Shown in pieces: positions 36,660 through 46,859 of a stretch of DNA of 64,000 nt. Source of the DNA: Dehalococcoidia bacterium (GTDB lineage Bacteria; Chloroflexota; Dehalococcoidia; Lucifugimonadales; UBA2985); the NCBI GenBank assembly GCA_965221925.1, contig OZ244924.1, positions 1,929,352-1,993,351 on the forward strand. The letters are read 5' to 3'. The notes under the pieces were generated by a model. The model worked only from the letters and a program-made list of their open reading frames with translations, was not told where the DNA came from and made no database searches. How positions within the stretch are numbered: position 1 is the first letter of the stretch; every line of letters begins with the position of its first letter. Made by a program: the position numbers and the translations under genes.

Positions 36660-37148
36660 ATGAGCATGACCGTGGCCCTGGGAGCCGATCACGCCGGCTA
36701 CCTCCTGAAATCCGCTCTGCTGCCCTGGTTGGAGGAGCAGGGATACAACGTGGTGGACGTGGGAGCCTTCTCTCTGGACCCGTTTGACGACTACCCGGAC
36801 TTCTCTCAGGCAGTCGCGCTGTCCGTGGCCTCCGGCCAGGCTCAGCGGGGCATAATCGTCTGCGGCAGCGGCGTTGGAGGCTCCATCGCCGCCAACAAGG
36901 TGCCCGGCGCGCGTGCCAGCATCTGCCATGACATCTACACAGCCGGCCAGGGAGTGGCGCACGACGACATGAACGTCCTCTGCCTGGGAGCCCGCGTCAT
37001 CGGCGAAGTATTGGCCAGAGACCTGGTTGCCGCTTTTCTCAGCGCACAGTTCATTGAAGAGGAGAAGTACCGCCGCCGCCTGGAGAAGGTCATGGCCCTG
37101 GAACGCAGCGCTCTCCCGGCGAACCAAAGCTCGGCAGAAGGGGGATAG
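36660..37148 (+). CDS. rpiB: ribose-5-phosphate isomerase B
   Basis: ATG at 36660 after AAGGAG. MSMTVALGADHAGYLLK ... IIVCGSGVGGSIAANK. Confidence 0.88.
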   Translation: MSMTVALGADHAGYLLKSALLPWLEEQGYNVVDVGAFSLDPFDDYPDFSQAVALSVASGQAQRGIIVCGSGVGGSIAANKVPGARASICHDIYTAGQGVAHDDMNVLCLGARVIGEVLARDLVAAFLSAQFIEEEKYRRRLEKVMALERSALPANQSSAEGG

Positions 37149-37150
37149 CT

Positions 37151-38305
37151 ATGGGTGCACTTGAAGAAGTACAGCGTTTGGGACAGTCCATCTGGTATGA
37201 CAACATAAGCCGGGACCTGCTTGCGTCCGGCGAGATAGAGCGCCTCATTGAGACGGGGATCACGGGCCTCACCTCCAATCCCACCATCTTCGAGAAGGCC
37301 ATAGCCGGCAGCTCGGCCTATGACGACGCGCTGACCTCTCTGGCCCTGGAGGGACTGGACACCAAGGACTGCTACGAAAGACTGGCTATGGAGGACATCC
37401 GCGCAGCCGCAGATCTGCTGCGCCCGGCCTACGACCGCGCCGGCGGCGGAGACGGCTACGCCTGCCTGGAGGTTAGCCCGTCCCTTGCCCACAACACCGA
37501 GGCCACCATCGCCGAAGCGGAGCGCCTGTTTGCCTCCCTGGGCCGCCCAAACACAATGATCAAGGCGCCTGCCACGCCCGAAGGGGTCCCGGCCGTCCGC
37601 AGCCTCATAGGCCGGGGCATCAACGTGAACGTCACCCTCATCTTCTCGCTGGAGGCCCATCGACAAGTGATGGAGGCGTACATATCCGGCCTGGAAGACC
37701 TGTCCCGCGCGGGCGGAGACGTGAGCGGGGTAGCCTCCGTGGCCTCCTTCTTTGTCAGCCGGGTGGATACGGCCGTGGACGGCCTGCTGGCGGAGCGCAC
37801 GCGGCAGGGCGCGGCCGGAGTGGACGCCCTTGCGGGCAAGGCCGCCATAGCCAACGCCAAGATGGCGTATCAGTCCTTCAAGACCGCCTTCGGCGGGGAC
37901 CGATTCGCCGCGTTGAGGGATAGAGGGGCGCGCGTGCAGAGGCCGCTGTGGGCCAGCACCGGGACCAAGAACCCCGCCTATAGCGACGTGCTGTACATCG
38001 ACAACCTCATCGGCAGGGATACCGTCAACACCATGCCGCCGGCCACCCTCGCGGCCTTCATGGAGCACGGCCGGGTATCGCTGACCCTGGAGGAAGGCGT
38101 GACGGACTGCGAGCAGGCCTTGAAGGCGCTGGACTCGGCGGGCGTCAGCATGGAGGAGATAACCGATAAGCTGCTGGCCGATGGGGTCAAGGCTTTCGCC
38201 GACTCCTTTGACCAGCTTCTCGCCAACGTGGAGGAGAAGAAGACCCTCCTCCTTGCCCGGAGCAGCGAGCTCCCGGTTTCGGCGCCTGGGGCTATCCGGC
38301 CATGA
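37151..38305 (+). CDS. tal: transaldolase
   Basis: 384 aa. GQSIWYDNISRDLL ... GLTSNPTIFEKAI ... IKAPAT. Confidence 0.88.
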   Translation: MGALEEVQRLGQSIWYDNISRDLLASGEIERLIETGITGLTSNPTIFEKAIAGSSAYDDALTSLALEGLDTKDCYERLAMEDIRAAADLLRPAYDRAGGGDGYACLEVSPSLAHNTEATIAEAERLFASLGRPNTMIKAPATPEGVPAVRSLIGRGINVNVTLIFSLEAHRQVMEAYISGLEDLSRAGGDVSGVASVASFFVSRVDTAVDGLLAERTRQGAAGVDALAGKAAIANAKMAYQSFKTAFGGDRFAALRDRGARVQRPLWASTGTKNPAYSDVLYIDNLIGRDTVNTMPPATLAAFMEHGRVSLTLEEGVTDCEQALKALDSAGVSMEEITDKLLADGVKAFADSFDQLLANVEEKKTLLLARSSELPVSAPGAIRP

Positions 38306-39897
38306 CGGAGGCGGCCCTGGCGGGCTTGCGGCGTCGTGACCTGGTGGGGCGCATCTGGAAGAGGGACCACACCGTCTGGAAACCGGACCCAACGGAGATC
38401 GCCGACCGCCTGGGGTGGCTTGACGTCGCCGACACCATGCAAGAGCAGGTCAGTTCCCTGCAGGCCTTTGCCCAGGAGATACGCGACGACGGTATCAGGC
38501 ACGTAGTCCTGCTGGGCATGGGGGGAAGCAGCCTTGGGCCGGAGGTGATACGCCAGACTTTTGGGAGCGCGCCCGGCTTCCCTGAGCTCATTGTCCTGGA
38601 CTCCACCGTGCCGGACGCAGCGCTGGCCGTGACGGAGGAAATCGACCCGGCCAGCGCCCTCTTCTCGGTCTCCTCCAAGTCGGGCACAACCACCGAGCCC
38701 CTTGCCCTCTACAGCCACTTCCGCGGCCTCGTAGAAGGGGCCGTAGGCCGGGACGGGGCAGGCCGGCGCTTCTTCGCTATCACGGACCCGGGGACTCCCC
38801 TGGAGGACATGGCCCGCGAACACGGCTTCCGCCGCGTATTCCGGAACCCAGCCGACATCGGAGGGCGCTACTCCGTCCTCTCATACTTCGGACTGGCTCC
38901 CGCGGCCCTGGCCGGACTGGACGTTGCAAGGCTGCTGGAGCGCGCCGACCACATGAGAGAGCAATGCGTCCCCTCCGTCCCTGACCGGGAGAACCCCGGC
39001 GCGTTGCTCGGCGCTACAATCGGGGGCCTGGCCCTGGAGGGCCGGGACAAGCTCACCCTGGTCACCTCGCCGTCCATCGCCGGTTTCGGGCTATGGGCTG
39101 AGCAGCTCATCGCAGAGAGCACGGGCAAAGAGGGACGGGGTATCATCCCCGTTGCCGGCGAGCCTCTGATGGACCCCGCTTGCTACGGCAACGACCGTCT
39201 GTTCGTCTATCTGCGACTGGAGGGCGACGACAACGCCCCCACGGACGCCGCCATCGCGGCCGTCGAGGCTTCCGGGCAGCCCGTGGAGCGGCTGAAGCTG
39301 CAAGACCCCTACGACCTGGGCGCCGAGTTCTTCCGCTGGGAGTTTGCCACCGCCGTTGCGGGGGCCGTCCTGGGCATCCACCCTTTCGACCAGCCCAACG
39401 TCCAGCAGGCCAAGGACCAGACCATAGCCGGGTTGCAGGAGCACAGTGAATCGGGCCGGCTTCCCAACGTGGAGGCCCCCGGCTCCATCGCCGGCCTCCT
39501 GTCTACGGCCAAGCCGGGCGACTACCTGGCGATTATGGCCTACATACGCCAGACGCCGGAGACGGACAGGGCGCTGGCAGACCTTCGCCGCGGGATAGCG
39601 GAGCGCCACGGCATTGCCACAACCCTGGGATACGGGCCAAGGTTCCTCCACTCCACGGGGCAGGTACACAAGGGCGGCCCAGACAGCGGCCTCTTCCTGC
39701 AACTGACCGCGGACTACAGGGCAGACATCCAGGTCCCGGGCGAGTCCTACACCTTCGGCGTGCTGGCCCAGGCCCAGGCTCTGGGCGACCTGAAGGCGCT
39801 GCTGGCATTGGGAAGGCGCGTCGCCAGGATACGTCTGACCTCAGGAGACGAGTCGGGCATCGAGCAGATGGCCGGGCGGGCGACGTCACAACCTTGA
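38302..39897 (+). CDS. pgi: glucose-6-phosphate isomerase
   Basis: 531 aa. ATGA overlap with tal. LLGMGGSSLGPEV ... SKSGTTTEP SIS-domain motifs. Confidence 0.85.
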   Translation: MTEAALAGLRRRDLVGRIWKRDHTVWKPDPTEIADRLGWLDVADTMQEQVSSLQAFAQEIRDDGIRHVVLLGMGGSSLGPEVIRQTFGSAPGFPELIVLDSTVPDAALAVTEEIDPASALFSVSSKSGTTTEPLALYSHFRGLVEGAVGRDGAGRRFFAITDPGTPLEDMAREHGFRRVFRNPADIGGRYSVLSYFGLAPAALAGLDVARLLERADHMREQCVPSVPDRENPGALLGATIGGLALEGRDKLTLVTSPSIAGFGLWAEQLIAESTGKEGRGIIPVAGEPLMDPACYGNDRLFVYLRLEGDDNAPTDAAIAAVEASGQPVERLKLQDPYDLGAEFFRWEFATAVAGAVLGIHPFDQPNVQQAKDQTIAGLQEHSESGRLPNVEAPGSIAGLLSTAKPGDYLAIMAYIRQTPETDRALADLRRGIAERHGIATTLGYGPRFLHSTGQVHKGGPDSGLFLQLTADYRADIQVPGESYTFGVLAQAQALGDLKALLALGRRVARIRLTSGDESGIEQMAGRATSQP

Positions 39898-40034
39898 ATA
39901 GCAGGTAGTCCTACCGGGCCTTCGGGTCGCCGCGCGGTCACGCCGTGCGCGTTCTCCACAGGGGCCCGGAGCAGGCCAAACAACCGCGCAACCCCAGCGG
40001 CCGGGGCTTCAATAAAAGAGAGAAGGAGCGAGCT

Positions 40035-40943
40035 ATGGAACTGGGCATGATAGGTCTCGGACGCATGGGCGGCAACATGACGCAGCGCCTCCTGCGCGCG
40101 GGCCACCGCGTGGTTGTCTACGACCCACAGGTGGAGGCGGTGCAATCCCTCGCCAGGGACGGGGCCGCTGGCGCGGACTCCCTGCACGACCTTATAGAGC
40201 GACTCACCCCGCCTCGAGCGGTGTGGGTAATGGTCCCCGCGGGGGAAGCAACGGCGAGCGCTATCGACACCCTCGCGGGCTCCCTCTCACCCGGCGATAC
40301 GGTGATTGACGGCGGCAACTCCAACTACAAGGACAGCATCCGCCGGGCGGAAACCCTGGCCGGAAAGGGGCTGGCCTTCCTGGATGCCGGGACCAGCGGA
40401 GGCATATGGGGCCTGGCCGAAGGCTATAGCATGATGATTGGCGGAGACGAGGCCGCCTTCCGGAGGCTGGAACCCATCTTCCAGTCCCTTGCCCCCGGGC
40501 CGGATAGAGGCTACGGCCACGTTGGCCCTGCCGGGGCGGGCCACTTCGTCAAGATGGTGCACAACGGCATTGAGTACGGCCTCATGCAGGCGTACGCCGA
40601 GGGCTTTGAGCTGATGAACGCCAAGCAGGAGCTCAACCTGGACCTGGCCCGGATTTCCCAGATCTGGCGCCATGGCAGCGTGGTCCGTTCCTGGCTGCTG
40701 GATCTGACCGCAGCCGCCCTGGAGGAAGACCCCGGCCTGGACGCCCTTCAAGCATACGTGGAGGACTCCGGCGAGGGTCGATGGACCGTCCAGGAGTCCA
40801 TTGACCTCAACGTCCCAACCCCTGTCATAAGCCTGTCCCTTCAGGCGCGATTCCGCTCCCGCCAGGACCAGCCATTTGGCGCAAAGCTGCTGGCAGCCAT
40901 GCGCAACCAGTTCGGCGGCCACGCCGTGAGGAAGGCGGAGTAG
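40035..40943 (+). CDS. gnd: 6-phosphogluconate dehydrogenase, decarboxylating (short form)
   Basis: 302 aa from MELGMIGLGRMGGNM ... GHFVKMVHNGIEYGLMQAYAEG. Confidence 0.85.
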   Translation: MELGMIGLGRMGGNMTQRLLRAGHRVVVYDPQVEAVQSLARDGAAGADSLHDLIERLTPPRAVWVMVPAGEATASAIDTLAGSLSPGDTVIDGGNSNYKDSIRRAETLAGKGLAFLDAGTSGGIWGLAEGYSMMIGGDEAAFRRLEPIFQSLAPGPDRGYGHVGPAGAGHFVKMVHNGIEYGLMQAYAEGFELMNAKQELNLDLARISQIWRHGSVVRSWLLDLTAAALEEDPGLDALQAYVEDSGEGRWTVQESIDLNVPTPVISLSLQARFRSRQDQPFGAKLLAAMRNQFGGHAVRKAE

Positions 40944-40962
40944 CTTACCAAGGAGGCCCACT

Positions 40963-41268
40963 TTGTGCCGCAGCATCAAGACCCTCAGAAGTGACTCAGC
41001 GATGGCGCCGGAGGAAGACGTTCGAGCGGCTTCGTTGCAATTCGTGCGGAAGGTCTCAGGCTACCGTACCCCCTCCGGAATCAACGCCGCGCCCTTTGAC
41101 GCCGCCGTCGAGGAGGTAGCCTTGGCGGTGCACAGATTGCTGGCGTCCCTGAACGAGACGCGCGAAGGACGCCCCAGGCCAAACGGTTCCACCGCCCGCC
41201 AACCCACCTCCGGAGTCGCCCGGCTAGCGTCCCCTACCAAGGCGAGTAATGACAGCCGCCAACTTTGA
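40963..41268 (+). CDS. DUF2277 domain-containing protein
   Basis: TTG start 6 nt after AAGGAGG. (M)CRSIKTLR...EDVRAASLQFVRKVSGY matches my recollection of the DUF2277 N-terminus. Confidence 0.6.
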   Translation: MCRSIKTLRSDSAMAPEEDVRAASLQFVRKVSGYRTPSGINAAPFDAAVEEVALAVHRLLASLNETREGRPRPNGSTARQPTSGVARLASPTKASNDSRQL

Positions 41269-41391
41269 GGTTACAATAGGTGTGTGGCTTGAGACGCCCA
41301 CCACCCTGGGCGGCGGGCAAGCCCCGCGCTGTCAATCCGGTCTCAAGCGCCAAGGAAACCCCCTCAATCACCCTGAATTAAGGAGCTTATC

Positions 41392-42240
41392 ATGGGCAAG
41401 CTGGATGGAAGAGCCGTTATCGTGACCGGCGCCAGCCGGGGCATAGGCGAATCGATCGCCAAGATGTTCGCCGCGGAGGGCGGGAAGGTCGTCTGCGCAG
41501 CCCGGACGCTGCGAGAGGGCGACCATCAGCTGGCCGGCTCGCTGGAGACAACTGTGGAGGCCATCCGTGACGCCGGTGGAGAGGCCACGGCGGTCGCGGC
41601 CAACATCTCCGAGCCAGACCAGTGCGAAGCCCTGGTAGAGGCAGCCCACCAGGCATACGGCCCTGTAGACGTCCTGGTGAACAACGCCGCTCTCCTGTTC
41701 GCTATTCCCACAAAGGACTACCCACTCAACCGGTGGTTGCGTACGTGGGCGGTGAACGTCCACGGGCCGTTCATTCTGAGCCAGCTAGTACTCAAAGACA
41801 TGATACCGCGCGGGAGTGGAAACATAGTGAACATCTCCTCCGGGGCGGCCACGGGGCCGGGCCGGGGCCCCTATCCCGGAGCCACCGGTGGCAGCTCCAC
41901 CTACGGCGCTCAGAAGGCGGCCCTGGAGCGTTTCACCCAGGGCCTTGCCCAGGAGGTCTACCAGTACGGCGTATCCGTTGCCGCGTTCTCCCCGTCCCAG
42001 TTCGTGCCAACCGTGGGATCCATGTTCGCCCAGCAGAGGACCCAGGTAGACCCGGAAACCACCGAGTCCCCCGAGACTATGGCGAAAGCCGCCCTTCTGC
42101 TGGCGACCGAGCCTCTGGACAAGATTGCCGGACGGGTGACCTACAGCCAGCAAATCCTCAAGGAGTTCGGCTGGATCACCGATGCCAAGGGCACGGGCGT
42201 GGACCCGGAGCGCATGGGGAGCGGGTACAGCAGGATCTAG
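41392..42240 (+). CDS. SDR-family oxidoreductase
   Basis: 282 aa. VIVTGASRGIGESIA, NNAA, and Y-x3-K (YGAQKAAL). Confidence 0.85.
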   Translation: MGKLDGRAVIVTGASRGIGESIAKMFAAEGGKVVCAARTLREGDHQLAGSLETTVEAIRDAGGEATAVAANISEPDQCEALVEAAHQAYGPVDVLVNNAALLFAIPTKDYPLNRWLRTWAVNVHGPFILSQLVLKDMIPRGSGNIVNISSGAATGPGRGPYPGATGGSSTYGAQKAALERFTQGLAQEVYQYGVSVAAFSPSQFVPTVGSMFAQQRTQVDPETTESPETMAKAALLLATEPLDKIAGRVTYSQQILKEFGWITDAKGTGVDPERMGSGYSRI

Positions 42241-42308
42241 GACGGACAGCGCAGCCCAGGGCAATGGATACATCAGCCGGAGCATCCATCTCGCCGGAGG
42301 AGCGCAGT

Positions 42309-43472
42309 ATGGCGCGGAGAGCGCTTATGGCCCATTTCCTGGGCATTGGACTGCTGGCTTTGGTCGGCTGCGCCGGCGCCGGTGAGACGGATGTCCCCAC
42401 CTCAGCCACAGCGCCTACTGCCGCGCCCGTCCCAACCTCTACCCCGGTGGTGGCGGCGTCCACCCCTTCCCCAACCGTCGTCGCCCCTACGGAGACGGCG
42501 TCGTCCACCGGCATAGGCCCGGAGGACATCATAGCCATCCTCCCCATAGACGCCATTCCGGCTATCCTGGACCCGCAGTTTCTCTCCGCCGCATCCGCTG
42601 AAGACCAGATGGACAGCGCCGAGCAGGTCATCGGCGTATCCATCAACGGAGACAACCGCGCCTACCCTATCAACATGCTCAGCAGCCACGAGATAGTGAA
42701 CGACATGGTCGGCGGCGAGGCTATTGCCGTCACGTGGTGACCCCTCTGCTACTCGGGCATAGTCTATGTCCGCCGGTTCGATGACATGACCCTCACCTTT
42801 GGGGTGTCCGGCAAGCTGGTTATGAACGCCCTTGTCATGTACGACCACCAGACACGCACTCTCTGGAGCCACTTCACGGGAGACGCCATCACCGGGCCCC
42901 TGGCGGAGACCAGGCTAGAGATAATTCCTGCCCTCCATACCACCTGGAGCCGATGGAAGGAGCTTCACCCAAACACCCTGGTATTGGACAAGAACGGCCG
43001 GTACAAGGTGGACAGCTACGACTTCTACTACGGAAGCGGAGCCCCAGGTGTAATTGGAGAGGCCCGCACAGACGACCGCCTGCACACTAAGGAGTTCGTT
43101 GTGGGCCTCCGTATCAACGGCCAGGCAAAGGCGTATGCCTTCAGCGACCTCAACGCTCAGCCTGTGATCAACGACTCCCTCGCAGGACAGGCGCTTGTGG
43201 TCACCTTCGACCCGCAATCTGCCACCGGCGGCGTCTTCAGCCGCGAAGCGGCCGGGCGCATCCTCACCTTCCACCCCACAGCCCCAACAGCCTCCGGCGG
43301 CCCCCTCATGGTGGACAACGAGACAGGCAGCCTCTGGCTAATGCTCACAGGAGAGGCCGTAGAGGGCGAGTTGGAGGGCGCGAGCCTCACGCCGATACCG
43401 TCCAACTACTCCTTCTGGTTCGCATGGAAGGACTGGCATCCATCCACCCAACTCTTCGACGCGTCCTCTTAA
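42309..43472 (+). CDS. DUF3179 lipoprotein with in-frame UGA (candidate selenoprotein, U-P-L-C motif)
   Basis: ATG 42309 lies 6 nt after GGAGGAG. Signal MARRALMAHFLGIGLLALVGC. The same frame runs continuously through TGA 42738-42740 into ORF 42786-43472. The joined sequence ...NMLSSHEIVNDMVGGEAIAVTW-U-PLCYSGIVY...LTFGVSGKLVMNALVMYDHQTRTLWSH is one DUF3179 domain. Confidence 0.7.
42754..42772 (+). promoter_or_regulatory. candidate SECIS (selenocysteine insertion sequence) hairpin of the DUF3179 gene
   Basis: CGGGCAUA-GUC-UAUGUCCG (8 bp including one G-U), starting 16 nt after the U of UGA. Confidence 0.4.
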
Positions 43473-43880
43473 GTGCGCGCAAGCGCTGTCATGCCACGCC
43501 AACACGCCTCACCATCGTCATGCCCGCTTTCGCGGGCATCCGGAGGGGGATGGGGGCGGATGGAGCCCGCTCGTGGTGAGCCTGTCCATACATATTACTC
43601 AATCGACACCCAAACCTGCGGTACTCGTGGGTTGTCGATTTTGATTCAACCAGGTAGCTCAAGGGGGTTTAGAAAAAGGTCTGCCACCTCAATCCTCTAT
43701 GAGGGATTCGAGCCTTCTTGGGTGGGGCCTAGGCGTACCGAATTGCGAACGTTTCAATACTCAATCTCAATATGAACACGGCCGTGGCTTCGCAGCTGTA
43801 GGTATGGATAGGGGGAAAGGCCATCCATTGCAACTCCACTAGAGCCCTATTTTCGCTGGCGGCCTACAAAAGGTCTGACG

Positions 43881-44207
43881 CTAATTTGGAGGGCCCGGCG
43901 GAGGCAATCGCCTGCGTATCTCGCGAATAATACTCGCTATGAATGCTCCAATGAGCGCCGTGCCCAGTACCACTACTGCGGGAAGCAGCCAAGGGTATCG
44001 CTCCGTGAATGGCTCCGGTTTTGTCGCAGGCTCGGTGGCCGGCGCTGTTGGCAGCGTAGTCGCGGCGAAGGCTGGACCGAGGGCATGATTGCCCGCGTTT
44101 GCTATCGGCTCTGCGGCTACAAACAGCGCGGGAAGCATTATCAGTGTCCCGCCTAATACAGCGACCACAATGCGCGAGAATAGCGCCACGCTTCTATACC
44201 TTTTCAC
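43881..44207 (-). CDS. hypothetical small membrane protein
   Basis: 108 aa with N- and C-terminal hydrophobic helices and a Pro/Thr/Ala linker. Its start overlaps the DUF2339 stop by 14 nt. Confidence 0.4.
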   Translation of the reverse strand: MKRYRSVALFSRIVVAVLGGTLIMLPALFVAAEPIANAGNHALGPAFAATTLPTAPATEPATKPEPFTERYPWLLPAVVVLGTALIGAFIASIIREIRRRLPPPGPPN

Positions 44208-46671
44208 GAAAGAGGAACCCCCTCAGGGCCTGGCTGTAGCGCTGGTATGCCAGCCCTGTGCCCAGAAGCAGAACTCCAAGGGTCACAAAAGCGGCGACCC
44301 GGTATCCCTGCTCCAGCAGGAAAACATCGAACCCAAAGAGCTTGATCACAGGAAGCACCAGTAGAGCCATCCCTGCTAGCCTGACTCTGCTGGACCGTTG
44401 AAAGATACCCACGCCAATTGCGGCAATGCCGTAAACTGCCCATAGCACTGTCAACGTGAGGTGCTTGGCGCTGACCTGGGCCATGCCAGACGTTATCTCC
44501 AGACTGTCAAAATAGCGTATCCCTTCAAGGCTCATCCCCCAAAGAGCGGCTACATTGATGGCAATCAGCAGTATCCGGAATGCGGTAATTTCCAGTCCGG
44601 GCAAGAGCGCTCTTTCCCTGCGGGACCAGTAGTAGATTGCTACCATAGGCGTCAACACTAACACAAAGGTCAGGAAGTGCGAGTTGAGGACAGAGACAGA
44701 CGTGAGGTGGTCCAGGCGAACTACAAACGTGTCGAACGCCAGGAGCTTTAGCATTGCTGCTCCCGCCAGGCCAATGCCGCCCCAACGCGCCAAAGGCAAG
44801 CGCCACTTCAGCCCAACGGCCAGGAGAAGAGATGCGTATATCGACCAAATGACAGACAGCGTTAGGAGTGTTCCGTTAGTTGCGCTCTGCTGGTCCCCGA
44901 ATTCATCGAAGCGGCTATCGAAGTAGGCCATCGCTTCAAGGCTGAGCAACCCCAGAGTCAGCCCGCCGGCAATAGCGGCCAGCATCGGGGGCATGGACTC
45001 CTCCCATTCCTCGCCAAGGTCGCGATTGCGCCAGTACAGGTATCCCGCTGCGTAGAATGCAACGATTACAACCACAAATATGAGGAATCGCTCGTTCATA
45101 ACCGGCATGAAGCCATTCAGGTCGACGGTGGCGCCGAACAGCAGCAGGCGCCCCGCTGCCAGCGCCAAGGCTCCAAGACCGAATATCCGCATCGACTTTT
45201 TGTAGAGGAGGAAGCCTGCCCAGACCATCACTGCGCCCTGTACCGCCCAGGCTGTGGTCAGCCACACGCCACTGAGCTGTAGCGGCACAGCGACCGTCAG
45301 GAAAACAAGCGCCATTGGCAGGGCGATCAGGGCTATCTCCGTCGGCGCGCCAGATCTCTTCAGGGCTGCGTATGCAATTAGCCCGTAGAGCAGGGACAAC
45401 GACAGCGAAATCAACCCGAACCAGACCTGGTAATCCTCCCATAGTATGGCTACCGTGAGGGCGAAGAACGCTGTACCGTTTATCGCCACTAGACTCATGT
45501 CAGGCGGCCCCGGAACCCGTCTCCACAGGATGTGAAACAACGTGGTTGCTCCGACGAAGATTAGAAACATTGCGGTGAGACCCGCCTGCATCAGGGTCGG
45601 CTCGTAGCCCGGAAACTGATCCACGCCGGCGGCAAAGAGGCCATAGGAGCCTATCCATCCCATCAGAATGAACAAGCGCCAGTTCCTGAAGGTTGCGACC
45701 CAGAGAATCCCAAGGTCTACAATCAGGATGTACGGGAGTACCAGCCTGATGTCCGGGAGCTCCGGGCTAAGCAGAACCGGGGCAATAAACGCGCCGATGA
45801 TGCCAAGAATCCCAATGACGACCGAATCGTAACGGATAGCCAGTAGTCCCGCCAACCCTACCACTACTGCGAGAAACACAAGCGCCGCGTCTGGCCGGAT
45901 GAGCTGATACAGGGCAAAGGCAGAGTAAAGGGACAGATAAAGAATGGCGGCCCCGCCTGCCGTTACGGCCTGGGCCCAGAAAGGAACGCGTCGCTGAGCG
46001 TACTCACCAACGCCCAGCAGCGCCAATCCCACGGCGATGCCAAGGACTATACGGCCCGTGTCTCCTATCCAGTTGTTGTCGAATGACAGCTTCAGGAAAA
46101 ATCCGAGGCCCAACACCAGGGCTACTGATCCGATAATTGCAAACCAGTTCCTCCCCAGGATGTGCTCCCAGTCAATGGAAGACCCGAAGCTAATGGCCCC
46201 AGTGGAATTCGGCACGCCCGCCGCAGCGCCGGAGGACAGGCCGCCCAGCGCTTCTCCGGCGTTCGCAGCCCTGCTCATGGACGCTGAGCTTGGACTCGGC
46301 GGTCCATGGGGCCGCCGGTAGGCCGGCCCTTCGGAAACGGGCGACCGGTCCCGCGGGATGTCTGCCGGTTGAGCTTCCGGCTGGGAAGCCGGAGGTTGAG
46401 GCCGCGTTGGCGCTTGAACGTCCTGACCTTGCGGCTGAGGCTGGGTTGGTATAGCGCGGCCGCCCTCAAGCAGGGACATGCGGACCTGAAGCCGGTCAAG
46501 TTCTCTCGAGACTCCATTAAGGCGCCCTCGCACCGACTCAAGCTCTCTCGCAAGGGACTGCCTCTCTCTATCCGCGGCGTCTGTTATCCGCAGATTGGCG
46601 CCGCATTCTGTGCAGAAGAAGTGGTTAGATGGGTTTGCTCTGTTGCAGCGTGGGCAGGTAACTTCGCTCAT
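44194..46671 (-). CDS. DUF2339 polytopic membrane protein with N-terminal zinc ribbon
   Basis: 825 aa. N-terminal CPRCN...CTECG, a coiled-coil/low-complexity segment, then roughly 20 hydrophobic helices typical of DUF2339. Confidence 0.65.
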   Translation of the reverse strand: MSEVTCPRCNRANPSNHFFCTECGANLRITDAADRERQSLARELESVRGRLNGVSRELDRLQVRMSLLEGGRAIPTQPQPQGQDVQAPTRPQPPASQPEAQPADIPRDRSPVSEGPAYRRPHGPPSPSSASMSRAANAGEALGGLSSGAAAGVPNSTGAISFGSSIDWEHILGRNWFAIIGSVALVLGLGFFLKLSFDNNWIGDTGRIVLGIAVGLALLGVGEYAQRRVPFWAQAVTAGGAAILYLSLYSAFALYQLIRPDAALVFLAVVVGLAGLLAIRYDSVVIGILGIIGAFIAPVLLSPELPDIRLVLPYILIVDLGILWVATFRNWRLFILMGWIGSYGLFAAGVDQFPGYEPTLMQAGLTAMFLIFVGATTLFHILWRRVPGPPDMSLVAINGTAFFALTVAILWEDYQVWFGLISLSLSLLYGLIAYAALKRSGAPTEIALIALPMALVFLTVAVPLQLSGVWLTTAWAVQGAVMVWAGFLLYKKSMRIFGLGALALAAGRLLLFGATVDLNGFMPVMNERFLIFVVVIVAFYAAGYLYWRNRDLGEEWEESMPPMLAAIAGGLTLGLLSLEAMAYFDSRFDEFGDQQSATNGTLLTLSVIWSIYASLLLAVGLKWRLPLARWGGIGLAGAAMLKLLAFDTFVVRLDHLTSVSVLNSHFLTFVLVLTPMVAIYYWSRRERALLPGLEITAFRILLIAINVAALWGMSLEGIRYFDSLEITSGMAQVSAKHLTLTVLWAVYGIAAIGVGIFQRSSRVRLAGMALLVLPVIKLFGFDVFLLEQGYRVAAFVTLGVLLLGTGLAYQRYSQALRGFLFREKV

Positions 46672-46859
46672 CGGCTGAAACCTCCTTGTTTAGGAGCCTC
46701 GAACTGGACCACCGTTTGCAATATGCCACCCGGCAAGCGGCGCAGAAAGGTTCGTTGATACCGCATACCATGGTATATGTGTACCCAAAACCGGGGTACA
46801 AATGTACCTTGACGCTACTATGGAGCAATGTAGAATTCGAAACAAGTCTCAGTAAAAGC

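Noticed and set aside
42786-43472. Treating 42786-43472 as an independent 228-aa gene and 41622-42740 as a 372-aa gene.
   Set aside because: The upstream ORF overlaps the SDR gene in another frame for most of its length. The downstream start lies inside the conserved domain and has no RBS. Both are better explained as one gene (42309-43472) with a Sec UGA.
43473-43880. A lower-GC 400-bp stretch with a T-arm-like GGGATTCGAGCC and several hairpins, considered as a possible tRNA fragment, attachment site or ncRNA.
   Set aside because: I could not fold a tRNA-like cloverleaf or find a matching direct repeat. The evidence is too thin.
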